Source: Octopus bimaculoides (Eukaryota). Taken from it: a DNA stretch of 40,257 nt. Positions 1 to 10,339 of this stretch are shown here, one piece after another. Position numbers and translations under genes: made by a program. The stretch's first letter is position 1; every line of letters begins with the position of its first letter. The notes under the pieces are model-generated. The model made no database searches. It saw nothing but the letters and a program-made list of their open reading frames with translations, and had not been told where the DNA came from. The DNA lies in the NCBI RefSeq assembly GCF_001194135.2, contig NC_068991.1, forward strand, positions 61,302,322-61,342,578, written 5' to 3'.

Positions 1-26
1 TATATATGTATATATATATACATATC

Positions 27-78
<52 letters not shown>

Positions 79-297
79 CATATGTATATATATATATGTA
101 TGTATATATATGTGTGTGTGTGTATGCACATGCTCACACATATATATGTATCATCATCATCATCATCGTCGTCGTCGTCATTGTCATCATTTAACGTCCA
201 TATATATATATTTATATACATATACATATTTTTTTTAATTATTTTTTTTATAGTTTCAGCTTAGAGCTGCGGCCATGCTGATGCACCACCGTATATG

Positions 298-353
<56 letters not shown>

Positions 354-515
354 CATTTATATATATGTATGTATATTTGTGTGTGTGTGCATGTGTGTAT
401 ATTATATATGTATATGTGTATATATATATACATATATATATACATATTTACACATATATATACATACATATACATATGTATATATACATATATGTATATA
501 TATATATATATATAT
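1..515. repeat. Mixed (TA)n/(CA)n/(CAT)n microsatellite running into an assembly gap (516-853)
   Basis: Directly visible. The [10 protein letters not shown] ORFs here are repeat translations. Confidence 0.95.
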
Positions 516-940
516 NNNNNNNNNNNNNNNNNNNNNNNNNNNNNNNNNNNNNNNNNNNNNNNNNNNNNNNNNNNNNNNNNNNNNNNNNNNNNNNNNNNNN
601 NNNNNNNNNNNNNNNNNNNNNNNNNNNNNNNNNNNNNNNNNNNNNNNNNNNNNNNNNNNNNNNNNNNNNNNNNNNNNNNNNNNNNNNNNNNNNNNNNNNN
701 NNNNNNNNNNNNNNNNNNNNNNNNNNNNNNNNNNNNNNNNNNNNNNNNNNNNNNNNNNNNNNNNNNNNNNNNNNNNNNNNNNNNNNNNNNNNNNNNNNNN
801 NNNNNNNNNNNNNNNNNNNNNNNNNNNNNNNNNNNNNNNNNNNNNNNNNNNNNTAGAACACTTTTGAAGCAATGGCATTATCTGTTTAGTTTAAAATGAA
901 GAATCCATTGTGTGGGCGGCAACCTTTTTTTTTCTTCCAG

Positions 941-1018
941 GTGGCAATTGAATTCCTAGCGTTGGATAATGCATTAATCATGTTTACTAAATTACCCAAT
1001 CTTGGAGAATACATCTGA
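941..1018 (+). CDS. Possible terminal coding exon of an unidentified host gene (VAIEFLALDNALIMFTKLPNLGEYI*)
   Basis: Strong acceptor (T-run)-CTTCCAG at 925-940, then the only open frame (25 codons) ending in TGA, followed by UTR-like AT-rich unique sequence. No homology recognised. Confidence 0.2.
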   Translation: MAIEFLALDNALIMFTKLPNLGEYI

Positions 1019-1280
1019 AAATGGTATCAAACACTGGTTTTTAGACCGTCATTTATTGTATTGTTGTTTAATTGTTTTGTTGTACTTTCTGTCAAATCTT
1101 GTTTGTTTTACAAGTCAACAATTTGAAAACAAATATTCTGGATTAGTGCATTTTCGTAATCTGTTTGTTAGTGGAACATTTCAAATGAAATCTGATTGAA
1201 GCTAATGATGTGTTCTTTGGTTTCTCTCCTGTGTTTGGCAAGTGATTAAGATCTAAGATTGTGTGTTGGGACTAAAATGA

Positions 1281-1327
1281 TTTCATCATGGAGGAGTCAT
1301 TGCAGTGATTAAAAAAGGAATTTAAGC

Positions 1328-1369
<42 letters not shown>

Positions 1370-1817
1370 CACACACACATGTGCACATACACACATACAC
1401 ACATTCACACACTACACACATACACGCACATACACTCACACATGCATACAAACAAACTTATACAAACTTTCATCATGGTGGAGTCATTGCAGAGATTAAA
1501 AAAAATTTAAGCAAAAGACATACACAAACACACACATACACTCATGTGCACATACACACATACACACACTCCCACACACATACACACACACACACGCACA
1601 TACACACACACACATGCATACAAACAAACTTATTACAAACTTTCATCATGGTGGAGTCATTGCAGAGATTAAAAAAAATTTAAGCAAAAACACACACACA
1701 CACACACATACACTCATGTGCGCATACACACATACACACACTCACACACACATACACACACATGCACATACACACACACACACACACACACATGCATGCA
1801 AACAGACAAACTTATAC
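1281..1817. repeat. Composite minisatellite, 3 units of about 175-187 bp, each with an embedded (CA)n tract
   Basis: TTTCATCATGG(A/T)GGAGTCATTGCAG...TTTAAGCAAAA recurs at 1281, 1468 and 1641. Confidence 0.85.
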
Positions 1818-1989
1818 AGGGAGTCACACAAGAAAGTAGTCTGGATTACGTAACATACTGTAAATACAGAAATAAATTTACACGTCCCAAAAAAAGCACC
1901 CAGCCATATCGCTTAAAACTTGTAACAGCCGAACAAAGATGTCGTGTTTGTTGACCATTTGCTAAGTTATCATCATCGTATCCTCACCA

Positions 1990-3190
1990 CATCAGTTCAT
2001 TGTGTAAGATTGCATTGAATGAATTATCTTTAGTCTATGTTGTAAGGTGAAGTACTCAATACTTGAAAGAGTGGAGATAGTGGAAGCTTATGAGACAGCA
2101 GGTTCTGTTAAGCAAACGAGTGAAATTTTTGAAGACGAGTTTCCAGGTAAAGGCATACCAGCAAAGATAACAATACAAATGTTGGTTAAGACGGCAAGCT
2201 GTCAGAATCGTTAGCACGCCGGGCAAAATGCTTAGCGGTATTTCGTCTGCTGTTACGTTCTGAGTTTAAATTCCACCGAGGTCGACTTTGCCTTTCATCC
2301 TTTCAGGGTTGATAAATTAAGTACCAGTTATGCACTGGGGCTGATGTAATCGACTTAATCTCTTTGTCTGTCCTTGTTTGTCCCCTCTGTGTGTAGCCCC
2401 TTGTGGACAATAAAGAAATAAGAAACATTAGCATGCCGGGCAAAATGCTGAGCAGTATTTTGTGTCTTTATGNNNNNNNNNNTAATCGACTTAATCTCTT
2501 TGTCTGTCCTTGTTTGTCCCCTCTGTGTGTAGCCCCTTGTGGACAATAAAGAAATAAGAAACATTAGCATGCCGGGCAAAATGCTGAGCAGTATTTTGTG
2601 TCTTTATGTCCTGAGTTCAAATTCGACTGAGGTCAACTTTGCCTTTCATCCTTTCAGGGTCGATAAATTAAGCACCAGTTGCATACTGGGGTCGATCTAA
2701 TTGACTACCCCCCCCCCCAAAAAAAAAATTGGGGGCCTTGTGCCTAAAGTAGAAAAGAATACAAATGTCGGTTAAGAAGTGGTACACTATAGGGTCAGTG
2801 TACAACACCCAAAAACAAAGAAACCCTACAATTCAAATGCAGGAAGTTATTCAGGACATTTGGCAAAGGATTACTCCAAGTCCAGAAAAGTCAATATGTA
2901 ACTTGGCACAGCAGTCCCACATAAGCAGGAGGTCATGCTAATGGGTGTTGAAAAGTCTAAAGTTGAAGCCATATCATTTTGCATGTGCTCAGCAATTAGA
3001 AGTGAATGACAAGAGCAAATGAGTAAATTACTGCCCATGGCTTCTGAATAGCATTGCTAATGATGAGCTACACCCATTCCAGTGAATAGTGAGTAATGAG
3101 GCATGGTTTCCTCTTTCCAGCCATGTAAATTCTTAATATACATGGTACTAGGTGGTGGAGAATCCTCACCTTGTATATGCGCAGCTGCTC
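1990..3190 (+). mobile_element. Decayed Tc1/mariner-superfamily transposase (DUF4817-type N-terminal HTH plus first catalytic block), split by a SINE
   Basis: 2044-2190 reads VKYSILERVEIVEAYETAGSVKQTSEIFEDEFPGKGIPAKITIQMLVK. It resumes at 2777 as KWYTIGSV...LKLKPYHF...SNEAWFPLSSHVNS...ENPH with several in-frame stops. Confidence 0.8.
2191..2757 (+). mobile_element. Head-to-tail dimer of a tRNA-derived SINE (B box GTTCAAATT, core GCCTTTCATCCTTTC-GGGTCGATAAATTAAG-ACCAG, Nin/Sauria-like)
   Basis: Two head-plus-core units, flanked by a 19-bp TSD AATACAAATGT(T/C)GGTTAAG at 2172-2190 and 2758-2776. Includes a 126-bp gap-flank duplication. Confidence 0.85.
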
Positions 3191-3365
3191 AGTCAACTCA
3201 GCTGTAAATGGGTGGCCCTGCAATGGACTGGTGTTCTGTTCAGGTCTAATGTTGATCTGCCCACCTACAGCAGGGTGTTAGGAAGGGCATCCAGCCATAA
3301 AAAAAACATGTCAAAGCAAATACTGGAGTTTGACACAGCCCTGTGGCTTGCTGGATCCTGTTGAA
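3185..3365 (+). mobile_element. 3' part of a SINE with a CTCAGCTGTAAATG core and an RTE-like tail
   Basis: GTCAACTCAGCTGTAAATGGG and GTTAGGAAGGGCATCCAGCC motifs; related to 32820-33060. Confidence 0.5.
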
Positions 3366-3453
3366 CCTTTCTTAAATTTCCCTGGTGCTGTTGCTGCTAC
3401 TGCAGCCACAGCTGCTCCCGATGATAATGTTCATAGTCTGTAATTATACACTT

Positions 3454-3501
<48 letters not shown>

Positions 3502-4725
3502 ACACACACACGCAAACACACACACACACACAAACACAGACACACACACACAAACACAAACACACACATACAGTGGTTTTTCTATATATGAGTGTACATA
3601 CATATTGGAGATTCAATACCTCAATACCAAGGTGTTGGAAGTATTGATCACATAGCCAGAGACAGTTGAAATTTTGCTATAATTATCGTGTTGTGCCTCT
3701 GGACAAGACATATACAAACACCGTTCATTCATAGTAGTTTGAGTAACTGACAAAATCAGATTCCATTTGAGTGGGTTAGCAATAGGCAAAGACTTCCAGC
3801 TGTGGAAACAATAACATCGTCCACATGCAAGCCAGTGGGTGTGCGTGTGTTAAGATGAATGTTTGAATGTAAAATAGCCAGAAAAATACGTACAGGCAAG
3901 TACAAACACGTGTATATATTAGCTTGTGTATAGATTTACACACACACACACATACACAAAAAAAAATAATAAATCCTTAAAAATTTCAAGGAAATCAAAT
4001 TTTAAATTCTTCCCAACATGCAGTTGATAGGAAAGATACTATTATCATGTGCGGACATTGTTTTTTTTTTTGTTCTTTTCTCCATTTTATCATATCAAAA
4101 ATAAAATAACGTTAAAACATATCTTTTTCATTGATTTAAGTTGTCATTATTAATAGAAAAATTTTTCGACTGGTAGAATTTGATTCCATTAGCAGAAAGA
4201 GTCTTTGCTGGATCAGAATATCTTTGTTGATAGCTTTAAAATTGTCTCCATTCTGAAAGTATCATTTAGTTTGAAATGTTGTCACTAACCATACATAGAT
4301 ACTTTCTCATAACATTGGTAGCTATGTAATCATTTTACCAATTCTTCGTTCCATCAATACCAATGTCCATTAGAAGATGTCATAATTGATTAATTAGGTA
4401 TTCCTTCTAAATGATAAACGATGTCTACAATAGCTTGGGTGATAGGAAATATTGTTCGCAATTGTTAATAACCAGGTTGTCTCTGACCAAGCAGACCTAC
4501 AGTCATAGACATTCTAACCATGACCATCCTGTTCCTCTTTGTGGATTATAGAACAATACTGTTCAATGTGGTTATTCTTTTTTTTAAATAAAATTTTGAA
4601 TTTATATAATTGCAAGCATGGCTGTGTGGTAAGAAGTTTACCTTCAACAAGTGTCTTTTACAAGAACCCTGGGTTGATCAAAACCATGTGAGTGGATTTT
4701 TTAGACAGAATCTGAAAGGAGTCTG

Positions 4726-4730
<5 letters not shown>

Positions 4731-4802
<72 letters not shown>
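4731..4802. repeat. (TA)n microsatellite
   Basis: Pure TA run. Confidence 0.95.
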
Positions 4803-4805
<3 letters not shown>

Positions 4806-5785
4806 TCATCATCATCATCATCGTTTAACATCTGCTTTCCATGCTAGCATGGGTTGGATGATTTGACTGAGGACTGGCGAACCAGATGGCTGCACCAGGC
4901 TCCAATCTGATCTGGCAGAGTTTCTACAGCTGGATGCCCTTCCTAATGCCAACCACTCCGAGAGTGTAGTAGGTGCTTTTACGTACCACCGCCATGAGGG
5001 CCAGTCTGGCAGTACTGGCAACGGCCACGCTCAAATGATGTTTTTACGTGCCACCTGCACAGGAGTCAGTCCAGCAGTGCTGGCAATAACCTTGCTCGAA
5101 TGTTTTGTTCACATGCCACCGGCACAAGGACCAGTAAGGCAACGCTGGTAACGATCACGCTCAAATGGTGCTTTTTATGTGTCACCGGCATGGAAGCCAG
5201 ACAACAGCTCTGGCAGTGATCATGCTCGGATGGTGCTCTTAGTGCTCCACTGGCACAAGTGCCAGTCATCAAATTTGGTTCAGTTATGATTTCACTTGCC
5301 CCAACAGGTCTTCACAAGCAGAGTTTAGCGTCCAATGAAGGAAGGTTGGCATGGGTGCCAGTCATCGAATTTGGTTTGATTTCAATTTCATTTGCCTCAA
5401 CAGGTCTTTGCAAGCAGGATTTTGTGTCCAAAGAAGGAAGGTACGCATAAGTGGGCTGGCTACATCCCTGGTAAAGGCCACGAGTTATGGTCACACTTGT
5501 CTTGCCGGGTCTTCTCATGCAGAGCATATTTCCAAAGGTCTCAGTCACTAGTCATTGCCTCGGTAAGGCCTAATGTTCGAAGGTCATGCTTCACCACCTC
5601 AACCCAGGTCTTCCTGGGTCTAGTTCTTCCACAGGTACCCTCAACTGCTAGGGTGTGGCACTTTTTTACACAGCTATCCTCATCCATTCTCGCCACATGA
5701 CCATACCAGTGCAATCGTCTCTCTTGCACACCACAACTGATGCTTCTTAGGTTCAACTTTTCTCTCAAGGTACTTACACTCTATC
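4803..5785 (-). mobile_element. 5'-truncated RTE-clade LINE: ORF C-terminus, 3'UTR with internal tandem subrepeats, (GAT)n tail
   Basis: ORF 5541-5768 ERRLHWYGHVARMDEDSCVKKC...EGTCGRTRPRKTWVEVVKHDL is the RTE C-terminal motif. The tail GTTAGGAAGGGCATCCAGCTGTAGAAAC ends in (GAT)n. Confidence 0.85.
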
Positions 5786-5921
5786 TAGTTATAGATAAAT
5801 AGATAGATAGATAGATAGATAGTCAATTAAGGCAAATACACTGCGGTTACCATGGAAAAAATCTCTCTTATTGTAAAAAGGTGTGAAAATACCCAATTCA
5901 TTCAGTGTTGCCTTCTCTCAG

Positions 5922-6058
5922 GAATCTCAGACATCGATGTTTCAAGTCTATTGACTCTTGTCGATGAGATGTACCAAAGAGAGACAACTCTGAACGAATT
6001 GAATAAAGTTTATAGCTTTTTATATAATTCAGTCAACGCATTGACTGATTTGCACTAG
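5922..6058 (+). CDS. Candidate terminal exon, or end of a 68-aa ORF starting at 5852 (ISDIDVSSLLTLVDEMYQRETTLNELNKVYSFLYNSVNALTDLH*)
   Basis: Acceptor GTTGCCTTCTCTCAG ends at 5921. The peptide is non-repetitive and helix-like, CpGs are retained, and it ends in a double stop TAGTAG. No homology recognised. Confidence 0.3.
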
Positions 6059-6520
6059 TAGATCGCCCAATCAAGAAAAATATCGGCGTCATGAAACTAA
6101 GCAGTGTTAACATATAATCACAATTTAGGTTAGTTGATATATGTTTGTCACATATTTCAACTAAATTATGACAATACATAAACATTGCTTCGCTACATTA
6201 CTCCAATATGTATATATATNNNNNNNNNNNNNNNNNNNNNNNNNNNNNNNNNNNNNNNNNNNNNNNNNNNNNNNNNNNNNNNNNNNNNNNNNNNNNNNNN
6301 NNNNNNNNNNNNNNNNNNNNNNNNNNNNNNNNNNNNNNNNNNNNNNNNNNNNNNNNNNNNNNNNNNNNNNNNNNNNNNNNNNNNNNNNNNNNNNNNNNNN
6401 NNNNNNNNNNNNNNNNNNNNNNNNNNNNNNNNNNNNNNNNNNNNNNNNNNNNNNNNNNNNNNNNNNNNNNNNNNNNNNNNNNNNNNNNNNNNNNNNNNNN
6501 NNNNNNNNNNNNNNNNNNNN

Positions 6521-6862
6521 GCCTTTCTGGCACTTGTGCTTGCAGCATGTGTAAGAACTTTTGAGCGAGATCGTTGCCAGTGCCCCTGGACTGGCTCTTG
6601 TGCGAGTGGCACATAAAATACACCATTTTGAGCATGGCCATTGCCAGTACCGCCTGACTGGCCTTCGTGCGCGTAACACGTAAAAGCACCCACTACACTC
6701 TCTGAGTGGTTGGCGTTAGGAAGGGCATCCAGCTGTAGAAACTCTGCCAAATCAGATTGGAGCCTGGTGTAGCCATCTGGTTTCACCAGTCCTCAGTCAA
6801 ATCGTCCAACCCATGCTAACATGGAAAGCGGGCGTTAAACAATGATGATGATGATGATGATA
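6521..6862 (+). mobile_element. RTE-derived 3'UTR/tail element ending in (GAT)n
   Basis: Near-identical to the tails at 4803-5000, 19289-19454, 34085-34276 and 37648-37830. Confidence 0.8.
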
Positions 6863-7121
6863 TTTTTATATACATATATATTTATATATATATACACACA
6901 CACATATGTTGGTTAGATGAGTTATAGGTTAAAACAACCATCTAAGGGATAGAAGTATCAATTGCACTACTGGTATATCACCTATGTTCAACCGTAGGCA
7001 TCCAAATGCAAGCATGTTATGCTCATAAATTATAGGTAAAGACAAGGATAAACATGGGTTTATCAAGAATCAAAATTTAAAGAAGACAGAAAATGGAGAA
7101 GTACTGATGAACATCAATTGA

Positions 7122-7504
7122 CTTACATCAATTATTATTTATTAACTCAATACAAACAGACTGCATCCCATCTAACAGCTGTTTGTGCTTCCAGTATTGT
7201 ATGATATCGCCACTGATATGCTAAAAATATTCATCATATTTGGTAATAAGATCAATCTGAAACATCGAGCTTCATCAGAGGGAAGAAGAAAGAACAATAT
7301 TTAACTTTTCCCTTTTTCTTCTCTACGTTCTTCTTTATTCTTCACTCTGATGAAGCTCCAATTTTTTGGATTGGTTTTATTACCAAATATGATAAATATT
7401 TTTAGCATATCAATGGTAATACCATACAACATTAGAAGCAGAAACAACTGTTAGATGGGATGCAATCTATTTGTACTGAATTAATAAATAATTATTGATA
7501 TAAG
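7122..7504. repeat. Long imperfect inverted repeat (arms 7122-7295 and 7327-7504, 31-bp spacer), possibly a Penelope-like inverted pLTR
   Basis: The arms align in reverse complement along their length, e.g. TGCATCCCATCTAACAG / CTGTTAGATGGGATGCA and GATATGCTAAAAATATT / AATATTTTTAGCATATC. Confidence 0.85.
7347..7452 (+). ncRNA. Hammerhead-ribozyme-like core with a long stem II insert
   Basis: CTGATGA at 7347-7353 and GAAAC-AACT-GTT at 7441-7452. The opposite arm supplies the palindromic variant AACAGCTGTT. Stem I pairing is weak. Confidence 0.35.
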
Positions 7505-7614
7505 ACGCAGTAAATATTTTCTGCGGATATATTCCTGGAATTAGCGTGCCAAAACGAAGACTTTTGAATTTTACCATTAAGCTGTAATTAGCAGAACCAT
7601 ATGCACGCGCATCA

Positions 7615-7692
7615 ATGGCAGTGGGAAACTCTGTATACGATTCTGATGATTACGGTTCATTACAAATCAGGCTGATGAGGAATAGACAAATG
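7615..7692 (+). CDS. Candidate first coding exon (MAVGNSVYDSDDYGSLQIRLMRNRQM)
   Basis: ATGG at 7615, open frame to a good donor ATG|GTAAGA at 7692/7693, in locally CpG-retaining unique sequence. No partner exon identified. Confidence 0.25.
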
Positions 7693-7985
7693 GTAAGAAT
7701 TTGTTAAATCCGAAACTAGTTCCTGTTTAATAATGCTTTTTTAGGTGACTTTAAATGTCTTGCCCGCTCACGTTTTTGGTATGCTGCTATATTTCATGTT
7801 GAGAGCAATTTAGGTCTTAATAGACACAAGATGTGATCTATTTCTAGCGCATTAATTGTCCACGTTAGTGGTCNNNNNNNNNNNNNNNNNNNNNNNNNNN
7901 NNNNNNNNNNNNNNNNNNNNNNNNNNNNNNNNNNNNNNNNNNNNNNNNNNNNNNNTATGCGTATGTGCGTATACATGTACATATA

Positions 7986-9238
7986 TCAGGTCATTAAGAA
8001 TGAAATGTCGGATTTTGAACTGAAAGTTTATTTTACTTTATCTCAGCAAAAAGAAATGCAGTTAATCAAAATATGCACCTAAATTATCAACACAATTTTG
8101 CCATTTTATCGATAGCTTATTTATGCCAGCAGTGAAGAATTCTGGAGAGCAAGAGGTGATGAAATAACAAAAGGCTGTTTTTGTAGCTTCTTTAGATTTG
8201 AAGTTTTTTTCCTTGCAAAAAGTTGTCTAATGCCTGGAAAATGTGATAGTCAGTTGGTGCAAGGTCTGGTGAATAAGGTGGATGACAAAGTACTTCTAAG
8301 TTCACTTCCTGTAACTTGAGTAGCGTTCTTTGTGCAGTATGTAGTCAAGCACTGTCTTGCAAGTGAATTGGTCTGACTCTATTGACCAAGTTCACTCATC
8401 ATTTCATCCAATTGGTTGATGTATACATCTGCTGTAACTGACTTACCAGATCTCATGAAGCTGTAGTGGATGACACCAGCACTGGACCACCAAACAGACA
8501 CCATTAGCTTTTTTGGTGAATATTCTTTTTTGGATTTTGTTTTGGCACTTCGTCTCTATCCAATCACCATGCAGAACACTTGCTATTGTTGAAAAAGAAT
8601 CCACTTTTCATCACACATAACAATACAATGCAAAAATGGTTCGCTTTTATGCTGTGACAGCAAAGAACAGCCAGTTTCAAGATGACATATCATTTGATGC
8701 TCATTCAGTTCATGTGGTACTCACTCATCCAGCTTCTTTACTTTGCTGATGGTTCAATACAGTTGGAATCAAAACTTCAAACCTTGCTGCTAACTCACAA
8801 ATAGTTTGAGATGTATCCGCTTCCACTGCAGTTTCTAGCTCATCATTATCCACCTTGGTCTCAGGTCTACCACGGGGCTGATTTTCAAGAGTAAAGTCAC
8901 CAGACTGGAGCTTCTCAAACCATCAACGTACAGTGCACTCATTCACCACATCTTCACCAAACACCTCATTGATGTTTCAAGTTGTCTGGGATGCACTGGT
9001 TCCATGACAGAACTCAAATTCATAAACAACACAAATTTTTGATCTTTCCATTGGTTCACAAAAATTGATTTACAAGAGAAAACTCACAATATAATCAGAC
9101 ACCATGAATTGCCTTTTGAAAAGTAATGATGTAACTCTTCAATGTTGTTAAACAAAGAAATGTCAAGATAAAACATTAGAGTTAATGACTGTCAAACTTG
9201 GTGCATAAGAAAATCGAACATTTGATTCTTAATGACCT

Positions 9239-9240
<2 letters not shown>
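7986..9240 (-). mobile_element. Full-length decayed mariner (DD34D-type) transposon, 1255 bp
   Basis: 31-bp TIRs (7986-8016 and 9210-9240, 28/31 identical) flanked by TA on both sides. Motifs *VPHEL, IVMCDEKW, LMVSVWWSSAGVIHYS and HPPYSPDLAPTDY are present, with stops and frameshifts. Confidence 0.9.
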
Positions 9241-9286
<46 letters not shown>

Positions 9287-9508
9287 TACAAGTAGAAAGA
9301 TATATTTTTCAACACATAATTACTGATAGAACAGTATATATGGGATAATATCCCTTACAGAGCAGAAAAATCTGTCAGCAATCAGCCATATATACTGTTT
9401 TATCAGTATTTACACGTTGAAAAATATATCTTTCTACTTTTACTACAATACATTTCAGTGCTTCAAAAACAAACTTAAGTTTGTCTACATATGACGTAAT
9501 ATATATAT

Positions 9509-9754
9509 AAATCATTTGGATGGAAAGAGTATGAATTCTGTAGATGAGGTCAGAACAGTACTGAAGAAGTATTTTTCATAACAGACAAGTGAATTTTGGA
9601 AGAGGAGCTTTGCAAGTCTACCAGATAGATGGAAGAGCATTGTAGAAAATGAAGGAGAGTATATTTTAGATTTTAAAATAACTGTGTTTATTGTAATTTT
9701 GGAAAATAAAAGAAGTATAAAAAAAACCCGCATTATTTATGGAATGACCTAATA
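9509..9754 (+). mobile_element. 3' fragment of a second mariner
   Basis: NHLDGKSMNSVDEVRTVLKKYF...FWKRSFASLPDRWKSIVENEGEYILD followed by a TIR-like end TTTATGGAATGACCTAATA. Confidence 0.75.
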
Positions 9755-9769
9755 AATATACGTAACCAC

Positions 9770-9960
9770 CACTTGACAAGCGGTGCTGATGTGTTGATGT
9801 CTCCATAACTTAGCACTTCAACTGAAAGAGACAGCTAGAATAAGCACCAGACCTAAACTAAAAACAAGTACTGGGGGTGACTCATTTGTCCAAAATTCTT
9901 CAAGACGATGCCCCAGCATGGCCACAGTCTGATGACAGTAACAAATAAAAAAATAAATAA
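9770..9960 (+). mobile_element. 3' half of the abundant tRNA-derived SINE (CTTGGGCAAGTG family)
   Basis: CATAACTTAGC...AATAAG-ACCAG...CCCCAGCATGGCCACAGTC motifs shared with 28891-29277. Confidence 0.7.
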
Positions 9961-9977
9961 AAAATATACAAATATAA

Positions 9978-10138
9978 TGCGTCTTTCAATTTCTGTCTAC
10001 CAAATCCATTCACAGGGCTTCGGCCAGCCTGTGGCTATAGTAGAAGACATTTGCCCATGGTGTTATGCGGTGGACCCAAGACTGAACCCCAGACCACATG
10101 GTTAAGAAGCAAGCTTCTCTACCACACAGCCACACGTG
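9978..10138 (-). mobile_element. 5' half of the CTTGGGCAAGTG-family SINE
   Basis: Reverse complement of GGCTGTGTGGTAG-GAAGCTTGCTTCTTAACCATGTGG...GGGCAAATGTCTTCTACTATAGCC. Confidence 0.75.
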
Positions 10139-10339
10139 CATCTATTAATAATAACAACAAGAACAAAAACAACAACAACATGCATATGCCTCCAGGATTG
10201 TTCAACAAATGCCAGATTATTGAGTTGTAATTATTTTAACTGTCTTAATTACTTCAGTCACCAATCCTACAGAATATTCTAATTAAAGGATTTTTACACC
10301 TGTCTTTTATTTTGTTGATTTAACTTTACACAACTGATG

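Noticed and set aside
6-899. Many 60-260 aa ORFs rich in YI, HT, CV, poly-T, poly-D, poly-M or X here and throughout the window
   Set aside because: Translations of microsatellites and N-gaps, not genes.
2347-2608. Exact 126-bp tandem duplication (2347-2472 and 2483-2608)
   Set aside because: The two copies are identical and separated only by a 10-N gap; typical unmerged contig overlap.
4140-4440. Minus-strand stretch reading IDGTKNW*NDYIATNVMRKYLCMVSDN...YSDPAKTLSANGIKFY
   Set aside because: Protein-like by eye but has several stops and no recognisable motif; cannot be supported.
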